From: Tubiluchus corallicola
Lineage: Eukaryota; Animalia; Priapulida
NCBI GenBank assembly: GCA_030141605.1
Contig: JAQGDQ010000002.1
Coordinates: 2,356,001-2,420,000 of the forward strand
Length of the DNA stretch: 64,000 nt
Direction of reading: 5' to 3'
Below the pieces are notes generated by a model that worked only from the letters and a program-made list of their open reading frames with translations, had not been told where the DNA came from and ran no database searches. The position numbers and the translations under genes were made by a program. Shown here in pieces: positions 51,801 through 64,000 of the stretch. Within the stretch, counting starts at the first letter, position 1, and every line of letters starts with the position of its first letter.

Positions 51801-52059
51801 TTAATCGTATCCACACAAAAGTTTGAAATCTAAATTTTATGTAAACGTATAACTTTATTGCGTCTTTTGCAACTTGCCCTTTTGTAGTCAAAGTGTACCT
51901 AACTGTATTTTTGACGTTTTGATATTGGATCAAATGTTTCAATGGATATGGTTTTTGGTCTAAAGCCTACTGCTGAAAGGATCATCAGGAAAAGGATTAC
52001 ACAGTGCACAAAAGGTCACTGGCCAAGAAACTTCTGGGGACATAATACACTCAGCTCAG

Positions 52060-52450
52060 CTCAAAAAACCACTGATGGAAAAAGCCAAACAGTCGGCAAG
52101 CTGTCCAAAAAGACAAAATAACAATAATGACTGGTCAGTGGACAAATAGGTAAACGACTACCAGTTGACATTAAGACTTTTATTACCACACACGGCAAAG
52201 ATTATCAAGAAGGACATAAGATTAAGAGAGCCAGCCACAAGACGACACCAAAGTGCTTTTTGGTTGCTTTTAAAATTTAAAAAATGTGTTTTGACTAGGG
52301 GTCCTTTATGGGATTTTCTATGTTGGTGGCCCTTTGCCAATTCCCTGCAAATGTGATCTTCTGCCCTTGTCCATGCTTTCTCTTTATCCACAACATATTT
52401 CTTGCTTCCACAATATGGTAAATCGTTCTTACTTCTATAGACAAATTTCA
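52060..52450 (-). mobile_element. Possible LINE ORF2 C-terminal relic
   Basis: HFLNFKSNQKALWCRLVAGSLNL...TGSRLPICPL resembles YL...R..L..LR.G...L.IETGR...C..C. Confidence 0.3.
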
Positions 52451-53322
52451 TTCTGGCTAGGTAATTGATGCTAATTAACGTCAGTTTTTGATTAGCCATG
52501 TAATGAAAGGCGAGTAGTTTTATTTATCGACAAGGATAAATCTTTGCTTGATTTTACGCCGCCGAGTTTATTTTTATGACGCAAGAAACGAGCTTAATTA
52601 GATGACGAGGAACGCGGTAAAATCTGCTCAGCTTTTCTACATAATATATGCATCGTGATCATCCAATATCGGATATTGCATGAAACATTAATGATGCTTT
52701 ATTTTTGAATAACTATCTTGCATTTGAGCTAGTGGAGAGTAGTGGCAGTGGGAAGACTACAAGCCAAAAACGCGCTGCAAGCAGTGTTAGATACTAAGCT
52801 TCTAAACTGCTATAACATTTATAGTAATTTTTCAAACATTTTAAGTGAATGTGAAAAGGCACGAGCGTAAGTGGTTACCATACTGATGGCTCTATTTACC
52901 AAAAATTGAAATATTTTAGTAATGAGCCGATCAGTATTGCCAAGGACGATCAATCACTATCTTCGAAATCAATCATAGAAAGATCTTTAAGTTGTCAGAA
53001 AAATTAATTATATGTATAAACTCGCACAAGTTTTTTTGTTCTACGTTTGTTACACTTAAAATTTCTATTTTTTTATAACTTCAAGTTTTCTGTGAAGTAA
53101 TCTCCGATCAGCTCATTTTTCCCGTTTTTTCCGGTCATCCGATCACTACCGATCAGCCCTAATCATTTGTTTGGTGGTACTCGATCTGATTTACGATTTT
53201 TAACCGATTCAGCCTATCAAATAGCAAAAAACTGGGCTGAGCAACCTGTTATGGTAACCCAAGGCCACGACCAAATGCTCTTTGGCACGCTTCTAATCAT
53301 AGCATAATTTTACTTAGAAATA

Positions 53323-53995
53323 TCAGGTGGCGCAAAAAGTGCCAAGTTTTGATTATGCTATTATAAGTAAGAAAATAACAGAATCGCTTGAAAATCATCA
53401 CACTGAAGTTACAAACGATTACGTTTAAAACACCAAAACTTTATGCCATTTTCGTATAGTTTTCCTAACGTACAAAAGTTTCTAACAACAAACCAAGAAA
53501 ATAAATGCAGGAAAAATGTCCGTCACTATTATTAACACTTGCAGAAAGTGCTCAATGTGTCCATCACTTTCTCTTGCACTTTGTGTTCAAAGGAATTTTA
53601 GACGATGTCCCATAAGTGAGTTCCATTTAACGTAGTCCAGACGACAAAATCTCATTTTTATTGATACAAATTCATTTTATTTTTTATTGGGGCTTAGATC
53701 TACCATTTGTGCTGAAGACCGATATAACCTGCTTGATTTGATTTGTGTTGCTGGCATGTATTAAGTGCTTTATACTTCAGCGTGTCTGTTTTTCAATTGA
53801 TGGTTAGCTGGCATTGTCCGGCATTTAAATTTTTAATATGCAAAAGCTTTTCAGCTATAACTTAAAAACTGCTGAAACTATAAGCTTGCAACTTTCACAG
53901 TCAAAAGCTAATACACTGTAATATCGCGCTGCTAAATTTCAACTTCATAGGACAATGTAGTCTAAAACTTCGACACCTTTTCCTGCGCCACCCGA
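53323..53995. mobile_element. Tc1/mariner-derived non-autonomous element
   Basis: TIRs TCAGGTGGCGCAAAAAGTGCCAAGTTTT and reverse complement TCGGGTGGCGCAGGAAAAGGTGTCGAAGTTTT, with TA on both sides. Internal minus-strand KC...DGHIEHFL resembles the transposase C-terminal GGHxE motif. Confidence 0.82.
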
Positions 53996-56900
53996 TATAT
54001 TGATTGTATAGCCCGCTATAGGAATTTCTTGTCGCACGGTTCAGTCTTTGATTTCACGAGACTCTAATATTTTATATAGTTGAAACCTGGGCTAACCGTC
54101 TGCACTGTAATAATGGATTGCGTAATCGCGTTCTTTGCAACAGTTACTGCTGTGCTTATAACTAATGGAATTACATGACAACCCCACTAAAATATTGAAC
54201 ACTCGAGAAATCTGTTCTTGAGTTAACATTTCGCAATCAACTTTGTAAGCCATAATTTTCCTCTCTTGTGCACAATTGAAAATGCTAGACTTGGATATAA
54301 TTGCTTGTTGGAGAGGGTTTTATTTGAGGTCTCATTATTCATTAGACGTTTAACTTCCATTAGTAGCATTGTTAACAAATTATTTCCATTAGCAGGTTTT
54401 CATTAAGAACTAATTAGCATGGGACGTTAACAAGCTACATACTACCAATAATATATTAACTTTAATTAATTGTAACCACAATTTGGAGCCTAACAGTGGC
54501 ACGTAAAGCGTACCTTCACAAATAATTATAATGGAAGGTTGTTACTGCTGTTTTTCGCCGCTGTATTAAGAAAAGTTTCTGTTGAGGCACAGTCTTGCCG
54601 TTGTACTCGCCTATAGGCGTCTTTCACCTTTCTGGAAACGATTTAAGAAATAGTCTTAATACTTTAAAAAAGTATCTTTGTAATTTGTTTATTTTCTCAG
54701 ATTTTTCAATAGCGAGATTATTTTAAAGGTCGAGTACCTACAAAAATGTTTCGGAATGCAATATTTTACACTAACGTTGGATGTTCTCATATTATTACGT
54801 GTACTGGTACCGACTCTGTTGTCTTATACACGCGTGAGTTTCAAATGAAAACAAAAAATTTTCAGCTTACATTGATTATTATTCCCTCTTTATCAAACAA
54901 ATGCCATAAATCATGACCTAATGCCATTTTAGAAGACGAACAACAGCCACTCGCATACGTATAAATTTTTAAAAATAATTATTAATTGAATATTTGTAAT
55001 TTGTAAATTTGCAACTCGGTGAAAAACGATTGCGAGGCCACGACGGTTTTCTGGCTAAGAAAATTCATTGTTTCAGCTTACAAAATAATCCTTGAAAATG
55101 AGCTAGATTCCAGTCCGCTCACAACTACGAAATATTGGTAGAAGGCCCAGCTAATGAGTGCTGAATGAATTCTGGCTTATAGACTTTCGAAGTTTGACAG
55201 AAATTTTTTTTAAATATACAGTTGGCAGTTTTAGTATCATGAATTTTTTTGCCCTTTCATTTGTCACTAAGTCCCTGTCCAGCAGACTTTAACTACTCAA
55301 AACTCTTTGTAGACTTAATAAAAAACAACATAAACTCGTCAACGCCGCATACAACTACGCTACAGCCCGAGTCATCAGGAGGAACATGGCCGAGGCCGCT
55401 ATTCCTCACAATTGAAACTCGGTCAGGTCGCGGCCAGATATACAGGTTCGCTGGAATAACAACAAAACGGAAGCTGAGCATCTCTTTCAAGACAATCCAT
55501 CCAAACTAACTCTTACAATACCAAAGAAAAATGTAAATTAAAAAAGAAAAAACAGAAAAGTAAAGGATACAGATCCCTTTACATTTATAACTTTTTGGAG
55601 TCACTAGTTAGTAGTAGTTAGGCGTAACATTTTCAAAATAATTTGGCCTGTACGCATGGGCAAATTATGCCGCCATGAATGAATGGGCGTGAAGAACAGT
55701 AGTAACAGCTGAGTGCAATCGAACGATTGTCTAATTATTATCATGTACACCATGTAAGCTAACGATTTCTGTAGTAGATCTGTACATGAATGGTTGTCCC
55801 TGTATGTCACGCATTATTTAGCAGTTTTAAACATTAATTAGCAAATTAATAATTAAACATTGTACAGCTTGGAAAGACATCATGTAAATACTGCTAATAG
55901 AGACAACGAAAAACGCAAATAAGTAGTAAATATTGCTCTGTGCTTTTGCTACGCTAGAGACTAGAAGTCAACAACCCAAATAGGCGCTCCATAATCGTCT
56001 TCTGGAAATTTCGCTAACATTTTTTAGTTTTGTGTTTGTAAGGCAGACGATAAAAGTAGGCTGAATTATCCGTAAATCGAAATAGATCCCATTAAAACTA
56101 TTTCATGTTTTAAGCAATTTACTACTGTAAAGTAATTTCTATATTTGTACATTAATTAATTAATTAATTAATTTGTTTTTCTGTCTATACTTATTTTTAT
56201 AACTTTTTTGCTTGCTTACTTAGAGTCAACTACATTGTCTTTATGAGGCGGTTTTTTCAAAGTAAAAGAATGACAATGAATTAAGTTGATTAAATTGCCA
56301 ATTTCGTTGTAAAATGACATTTGCTTTGGCAAAATAACAAACGGACAAACTGATAGAATGACAATTAAAAAACAAGTTGTCTTTATTACTTATTAAATGT
56401 TATACTAAGAAATTTAAGCGAAAATCAATGATAATTTTGTAAACATATACGAATAGAAAGTATAGTCTTGACCTGAGCTTGAACATTGAACAACAAGCAG
56501 TCATTTTGGTACAAGCGTGATATACATAAGACCATTTTACCCGAGGTATCCACCTATTTTGCCAGTGGTACAGTTCACCAGTGGACCAGTTTGTTAGTGG
56601 CACATTTCACCAGTGGTACAGTTCGTAAGTGATGCAGCTCACCAGTGGTACAGATGGAACAGTTTACCAGTGGTACATTTCACCAGCAGCACACTTCGCC
56701 AGTGGTATTTTTCGCCAGTAAAATTTCCATGTTATATTATTACATTACTTCTTTAACTGAATGTTTCAGTTTGCAGTGGTACAGTTCGGCTGTTCACATT
56801 TCGCCAATAAAATTTCTCTGTTATATATCCTTTAGCTGTCTATTTAACGACAGTTTCGCTTCGCCCATACATACTTCGCCAGTAGTAGATTTCGCCAGCG

Positions 56901-57099
56901 AATATTTTCTGCTATACTAGGATATCATTAACTTTCTGTTTCCTAGATGTTTCAGTTCATTTCGCCAAAGTACATTGTCTTTATACTTTGTCATTAGTAT
57001 AACTATCATATTAGTGTTTCATATTTTGATAGGAATGAAATGCCAAATATTAAGTTCATTGTTTCCAGTTATCTATAATATAGTACCCAAATCATCGAT

Positions 57100-57918
57100 G
57101 ATTTTTAGACACTTCCGTTTTAAGGCAGATCTCATTGTTGCTGATTGCATTAAACTGTAGCTGTAAAAAAGGAGTAACATTTGACACTTTTTGTAATATG
57201 TCAGACCATGTAGCAAACCTTAGTCGGTCAGCATCATTGGCTTTGTGGAAAATTTAGAAAAATCAGTCATATTCTCAACCACCAAACAACTGAAAAACTC
57301 ATACATGCCTTCATAACGCCCAAACTTGATTATTGCAATAGTTTACTTTTTGGACTCCCTGAATATGAAAAACGCAAACTCCAACAAATTCAGAACTATG
57401 CAGCTCGTCTCATTACGAAAACTAGAAAATATGATCATATTACATCCGTTCTGTTCTAAGAGAGTTACGTTGGTTGCTGATAAAGTCCGGATTTCAATTT
57501 AAAATTCTTTGTATCACCCACAAAATACTGCATGGCTTGGCACTTGCATACGTTACTATCTTTTAATACGCATTAACATAGGCTGACACTTCGTTATAAT
57601 ACTAATGAACAAATTAATTTACATCAGCCAATTCCTAATACAGAATTCTAAGGTCACAAAGTTTTCTGTCTGTTTCTCTTTGGAATAACTAACCTGTTGC
57701 TATACGTTCTACGTGTTCATTAGATTGTTTTAAACAACATTTTAAAACACATTTGCTTAAACCGTACTTTTTTATGATGAATTATTTTTAATTTTTAATG
57801 TTTTTTAAATTTTATGATTCTTGTGAATTTTAAATGTATTTTGTTGTTCGGCGTGCTGAGACTTTAAATGATGTTGTGCGCTATATAAATAAATTTTACG
57901 TTACATTACACTACATTA
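57100..57918 (+). mobile_element. 5'-truncated L2 LINE
   Basis: GVTFD..NMSDHVANLSRSA...TEKLIHAFITPKLDYCNSLLFGLPEYEKRKLQQIQNYAARLITKTRKYDHITSVL...FKILCITHKILHGLA is a classic L2 ORF2 C-terminus. 3' end GCGCTATATAAAT plus a (TTACA)n-like tail. Confidence 0.92.
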
Positions 57919-58206
57919 AACTTTCTATAAAAGTTCACTACAGTCACTTGATCTTTGTCCTAGTTCTTTTATTAAGATGCACGCACTTTTACTATTTTAG
58001 TTCTTATTACACAGAGTTTTAAAAGTGAATCGAACTATACGTTGGCACAATTAATTCGGCCATAAAAATTAATGCTTAAACTTTAGACTAACCTAATGCA
58101 CATTAACCAAACTACGAAACATGATAATTTACAAAATTGACATATTTACAGAAACTAGAAGAATGATAGGTGATGATGACTATGGACAAAATTAGTAACA
58201 TGTATA

Positions 58207-59094
58207 CCAGACGGGCAGTACAGTACGGTACGAAAAAAATACCATACTTCGTACCTCTAAAAAATATCACACCGTAATTCCGTACCGTACCTACAAAATC
58301 GGATCATAACGTACTAGTACGATAAAATATCGTATCGTAATTTCGTACTTAATTTCGCACCAAGTTCACGTAGGATCTACAACAAAAAGACAGAGTAGCA
58401 TAAAATTAATTGTAAAAAAGATAGTTTATCAATTATTGTTATGAATTTATGCGTATTATAAAAACAGAACTGCTGTTTGAACTTCCATACTATTTATTTT
58501 AGATTACAAAAGCTACACAATGCACTCTATGCTATTATATTATATTCAAAAGCAGTCGGATGATGTTTTGCACATATCGGCAAAGTTCTAAGCATTCGTT
58601 ATTAACGACATACATTTAGAAATATTCTTGCTTCAACAGAATCTGCATAGCTTGAGATGTGCAGTAAATTACTACACAATGTTAGAAAAAGCTGTTAAAA
58701 CAACAGCGTTACATGTATTGGTGTCAAGCGTGTCAATCTGTAAACAAATATAAACGTAATTTACGGGAAATGGCAACTTCAGCTTCCAAACAACTTGTGG
58801 CTTTGCAGTTTGCACTCAAAAGGAACCAAATTAGCGGTTTTGTTTGCCTGTGCTCTGTGTTAATTAGTGGAGATAGGTAAATCCCACACATGAGCAAAAT
58901 AAGACCTCGCACTGTGTTGCTGGCCAATAGAAACGTTACAAGATACTGCGGACAAATGATACAGAAAAGGTATGAAAAAGTACGAAAAAAACCATAATTT
59001 CGTACCGTAACGTACTGTTGAAAAAATACCGTACCATAATTTCGTACAGTACTTTTAAGCATTTTTTCGGTACCGTACCGTACTGCCAGCCTTG
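58207..59094. mobile_element. hAT-family MITE
   Basis: TIRs CCAGACGGGCAGTACAGTACGGTAC and reverse complement CAAGGCTGGCAGTACGGTACGGTAC. 8 bp TSD catgtata / cgtgtata (7/8 match). CGTAC subterminal repeats. Confidence 0.88.
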
Positions 59095-59786
59095 CGTGTA
59101 TAATAATCAGTAATATTCTATATGATATCATATGATGTCATATTCTGTAACAAGAAAATGTCTATTTTTGGGCGTTACGTGGGCTATTAGAAACTGATGA
59201 CATTTCTGTATTGACGAAATTATAACAGTTATAAAGTAGTCCCTCTGTATAACAATCAATAATAGTCTATATGATAATGAATAACTATTTAACTCAGGTT
59301 CGTGGAAAAATATCGGAATTGTGAGCAGGCTTATCAAAATCGTGCATATTTTGAGGTATTACGTAGGTCTGTAGCACTGGCGAACAGCAACATTGGTTAA
59401 ATAGAAAGATAAAATGATATAGAATGTAGCAGACAAATTTTACTGGCAAGATGTGTACTGCAAAATCTTACTACTGACGAAATGAAACACTTTGTTAAAG
59501 GAATTGATTTGCACAACAGAGACATTTTACTGGGAAATGTACCACCGGTAAAATATGTACTGGCGTACTATAACACTGATGGTATGGTCCACTGGCGAAC
59601 ATACTCCTAGCAAATTGTAAAACTGGCAGATTGCACCACTGGCGAAATGTAGCAATGCCAGTGTATTCAACTGGCGGTTAGTGCACTGGCAAAGAGATTT
59701 ACATCATTTGCTAAACTGATCGAAACATATTGCTTACATTTGTGAATTGATTAAAAAACCAATTTTGTTCACAAGCTGGAAAAAAA

Positions 59787-59995
59787 TCAGGTGACGTAAA
59801 AATGTGCCGAAGTTTTGGTCACAATATTATAAAGGAATCGCTTAAAAATTCCCACAATGATGTTACAGACGTTTGTGCATAAACGCAAAAAAATTAGGTC
59901 CTTTCCTCAGACTTATCCAGAGATACAGAAGTCAAAAGAAAAATAAATAAAAAATGCCGGAAAAATTTCACGTCACTGTTCTTAAAATTTACAGC
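59787..59995 (+). mobile_element. Truncated second copy of the Tc1/mariner-derived element at 53323
   Basis: tcaggtgacgtaaaaatgtgccgaagttttg...gaatcgctt..aaaat...gttaca...aaatgc.ggaaaaat...cgtcact aligns with 53323-53540. Confidence 0.7.
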
Positions 59996-60877
59996 AATTA
60001 ATGACTATGATGATGATAATAAATCTTTATTTGCACAATATATACATGTATGTTCTCGTGATATACTACCGAACCGAACCAGTACTGGCGCTCCTGCAGG
60101 TAGCTGTGTTTCAGTTTCGCCCAGGTACTAGACAACCAGCAAATCAGATAGTGCAAATGTTTTTGTATACAGAAACTGTCACTGTTGCTGCCTTGTAAGG
60201 TAAATGTGAAAACTGTTTTTTTTTCTTTCGAGTAGCAACGAATGCAATCAAGTAGGAGACTACAGTAACAAAGTTTGCTAAATAGCTAAATTATACCGGT
60301 TTTACAGCAAAGTTTCATGGAAAACGCTGTTGAAAGTGTAGAAGTTTAAACAATGGCAATTTGAAAATGCACTCCAATTATTTGCTCAATACCAAACAAC
60401 ATTTTTATTTTTTACAGGTAGATTTGTATTTTTCCCTGTAGTTAGATTATTAGCATACTTTTTCATTTTTATGAGCCTGAATTGTACATTTGCTTGTCTT
60501 AACATGTAGTTAAACCTTAATATAACAATTTTCAATTTAATTTGGTTGCTCCATGCAAGCTGTGTAGCATTTTTGTTAAGAGCTAGGCTGTAACATATAA
60601 AAATTGCAGAGGCTGAATGCTGCGAGGTAGAATTATTGAAATAGTCGACGGCACAGATGATAACAGAGACGTCTGCAGAGACGGACCTTAGTTATTATCT
60701 ACAAGTTGCATGATCACAACTTCTGCATAACGCAAGATTTCATTCCGCCGCATGGGACATCCTTGATTTGGACAACGTTCGTGCTTTAATAGTTAATGAT
60801 AAACTGCAAATCACGCGAGAAAAACTGAGGAGCATTGCGAATGTTTGGACTACGTAAACGTATGTTCTCATAATTGC

Positions 60878-62146
60878 ATATCACTTCGCCAGTGCACACT
60901 TAGCCAGTGGTTCATTTCGCCAGTGATATAGTTCGTCAGCCTAACAGTTCGCCAGTGGTTCAGTTTACCAGTTCGCCAATGGTACAGTTTTCCCATGATA
61001 CTGTTCAACAGTGGTGCAGTTCACCAGTGGCACACTTCACCACCAGTACATTCCGTCTGTTATTTGTTACTGTATACTGTTACTGTTATTGTATATTCTT
61101 ATTGTATACTACACGAATTTGTATAATTTTAGGAAAAAATAGTTAAATTGGGAATGTCATGCATTTTACAATACCGATGTTTTTTGCTCCAAAATTTTTG
61201 CCCATCGGAATGAAATTCTAATGTACTTTTAATGTATGTCATTTACGTAAATATTTTAACTACTTTGTAATTTTTGTAATTTTTGTAATTGTAAGTTTGT
61301 GTTTTTATAATTAGTTTTTTCTGTAGCTGTATTTTTATGGCTTAAGATGACGTCTATGAGCTTAAATAAAGAATAAAATAAATAAAAACATGTATCATCT
61401 AAAAACTCGATGCTTTCTCAATGAAGTCTTACAGAAATATTAAACTGACCATTAAAACAATTACAGTATTATGTAGCATACTAAACCTGAGTACTAAAGC
61501 TTTTATAAAAAAATGCTAGTATGTACACGTTGGGTTTCGTTACCTTTTCTCTATACCGTCGTCAAGAAATTTTGCTGACGACGATTTTTTTTGTTCACCG
61601 TCATCAGTTTTTTTAGATTTGTTGTTGTCTTTCAGTATTTCTTCTTCTAGATAACTGTATTATAGATGACCGAACTTAATAATAGTAATAAATTAATAGT
61701 AATAAACATAATATATGGCATTTCAATCTCACAAATGTCTTACTACTTGCTACCCAATCTTTCTCAATAACTTTTTCACTTCAGGTACCATTTAAAACGA
61801 TACATCGCTGTCAAAATATGAAACAGGGACCTGTGTTAAAATAATGGCAAAGTATAAACGTAATAAGTACACTGGTGAAATGTTCTACTGGTGAAACAAC
61901 TGAAACATTTGTTAAATAGAACGGTAAAGGATGTCGAACACAGCAGAAAATTTTTGTTGCCAAAAATTTCCTACTGTCAAACTGAAACAATTTATTAAAT
62001 GATAAGGGTAATAACATTGTGGCGAAAATATACCACTGGCAAACGGCATTTTGGCGAACTGTAGTACTGGCGAAGTATGCCACTGACGAAGTGTGCCACT
62101 GGTGAACTGTACCATTGTTCAGCAGTATCAATGGCGAACTGAAACC
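60878..62146. mobile_element. Foldback-type element, family B copy 2
   Basis: Left arm 60878-61055 (TTCGCCAGTGG units) and right arm 61866-62146 (CACTGGCGAA units). Left terminus atcacttcgccagtgcac matches the reverse complement of copy 1's right terminus. Confidence 0.75.
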
Positions 62147-62582
62147 TACTAAAATGAACTAACGAGAGAAAGCTATTATATATTTTTAATTATTATTATT
62201 CGATTGGAATTGAACAGATTTTGTCATTTCAAGGTGAATAGAGTTTGTGCTGTTTCGATCTTTTTAAGCTACTAACACTAACCTGCAATTAATAAGTGAC
62301 AAGTTTGGTGTAGGTCTTTAAGTTAACAGGTACAGGATTGGATCTGGAAGCCTGTAACTGGTACTATTTATAAACGTACCGTATGTAGTCTACCTCTTCC
62401 ACTTGCTCTATGCAAGTCAGTATTGTATTGAATTGATTGAATATGTTTGATTTTGTGTCCGCAAAGTAGTACGGTCACGCAATAGTTTTACTGTGTGTCT
62501 TCCTCACTTACTAAATTAATGCAATCGATAAAATCGCCATTGTCCTCTTCGTTACCATAATCAAATTTTTCCATTATCGTTA

Positions 62583-62583
62583 T

Positions 62584-62629
<46 letters not shown>

Positions 62630-62676
62630 GCATCAGCATCATCATCATCGTCGTCGTCATAATCATCATCATCATA
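62583..62676. repeat. Compound (CAT)n/(CGT)n microsatellite
   Basis: Directly visible. Confidence 0.93.
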
Positions 62677-63450
62677 CCACCCTCATCACTGCCATTGTCA
62701 TGTCGTTATTATTTTGGTTATCAATCTTAACCTAGTTGTTAATTGTGTCATCATCATTATCATCGGGTTCATCTTTAATAGCTTAAAATTTTACTTATCA
62801 ACGATTGTTACAGTTGTTTGCTTTTTCGTATTGTTATTGCTATCACATATCTGATTCAGTCTTGAAACATTTTTGAGACAATTATTACCATGTAAGTAAT
62901 TTCATCTCGTTTTCTTGCTTGTCTATGCTTATTGAAAATATTTTTCTTCCAAATATTGAAGCTCATATAGTGTTTGGATAATAATACGCGGCAATTTCAG
63001 ATTTGATTTCGTAATAACATGAAATAGAGCCATTATGGTCGCGTGGCCTGCAAACAGTGTCAAACTGCATCGATTTAAACTCGAATGTGCAGATGAAAAA
63101 GTCATAAAAATAATATTTACATGACATATCTAAAACGCATATCATGCTGGAATCTAACCGGCGGTGACGGTTATTGACCGAATATGGCATTCTAGGGTAC
63201 AAGAGAGAATTCTTGTGACACAATGTCAATGCACGATTTTATCTTACTTTTTACTTAAAAAATTTGGCAGAAGATTCGTGGTTAGTGAATTTATGTGGAC
63301 ATCTCTATTATATGAATTGTCCATTATATGGACAACGAAATTGTTAAAAAATAATTTGTCAAGATGGTATTAAGACCGATCGTACAAAAAAAGGCTGTTG
63401 ATATTAAAGTCTGATAGCTGGCAATACCAGTGCCAGTAATGTTAGCAAGC

Positions 63451-63532
63451 GATGATGATGACGACGACGACGACGACGACGACGATGATGATGATAATGA
63501 TGATGATGATGACAGGAGTGACGGTGATGATG
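63451..63532. repeat. Compound (GAT)n/(GAC)n microsatellite
   Basis: Directly visible. Confidence 0.93.
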
Positions 63533-64000
63533 TATGTATTTTATATACGTAATTTTAAATAAGATTACTCCAAGGTGACGATGATTATGACAGTAAGTGG
63601 TGACGATGATGACAATAATAGCAACTACAGAACAATTTTGAAAACGATGTTAAAATGACAATAATAGTAAAATTATTGAAATTATAAAAAATCAAAAGCA
63701 CTTTCTTTTCTTGTAGTTTCATTAATAGCACAACTAACAGCAAAACTTGAATGTATACAGTGATCGGATAGCAGAACTATAGTTTTACCTTATAATCCAT
63801 GATGGACCTTTTGACTGTAATTGTATTGTAATTGATTTAATCAACTCTTTATATGCATGTAATTTTTAATTGTGGATTCTATATTGGCGATAAAGGTTCC
63901 TATTTATTATATGGTTATCAGGTCCTACATGGACACTGAACTTTGGCATATTAAATGCTCCCTGACACCCACAAGCGTATAGATCATCCCCCTATTTAGG

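Larger units (their letters stand above)
56555..59700. mobile_element. Foldback-type element, family B copy 1, with nested insertions
   Basis: Left arm 56555-56970 made of ~15-16 bp CAGTTCGCCAGTGGTA-like units. Right arm 59375-59700 has the inverse (CACTGGCGAA). Both arms share a longer (~100 bp) inner unit. Confidence 0.75.

Noticed and set aside
55387-55436. HDV-like ribozyme (GGCCGAG/CTCGGTC pairing, TCCTCAC loop-like sequence)
   Set aside because: P3 cannot close next to P1, and the P4 and catalytic J4/2 elements are missing.
56555-56970. CRISPR-like or novel array from regular CCAGTGG repeats (also the TGGCAC arrays at 37.8 kb)
   Set aside because: Degenerate tandem units without unique spacers, paired as inverted arms in eukaryotic DNA; these are transposon termini.
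60820-60850. Hammerhead-like CTGAGGA-GC-ATT-GC-GAAT, and other CTGANGA hits
   Set aside because: The invariant GAAA and stems I/III are not formed in the hits I inspected.

Overview
AT-rich animal genomic DNA (probably an invertebrate; spliceosomal GT-AG introns, many decayed transposable elements). Two protein-coding genes could be rebuilt exon by exon, arranged head-to-head with their ATGs about 3.8 kb apart. (1) Minus strand: a COX7A2L/SCAF1-type respiratory supercomplex assembly factor (5 coding exons, 6998->1435, 165 aa) with the MYYKFS N-terminus and an intact DGVPIHLKRG motif, but a middle region about twice as long as in vertebrates. (2) Plus strand: POLR2G/RPB7 (8 coding exons, 10827->29898, 172 aa), whose last 14 coding nucleotides lie beyond an 11.4 kb TE-filled intron. 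From about 30 kb to 64 kb I recognise no host coding exon. That stretch holds MITEs (Tc1/mariner-, hAT- and Harbinger-like), Foldback/MULE-type elements with tandem-repeat arms (one carrying a nested L2 LINE and a hAT MITE), LINE relics, a 5S-derived SINE, microsatellites and a few GC-richer islands that may be enhancers. Most ORFs in the supplied track are spurious. I found no clear-cut new biological system; the best leads are the long-linker SCAF1 with a possible cassette exon and start-overlapping uORF, and the Foldback-type families. Family assignments come from remembered motifs, not database searches.
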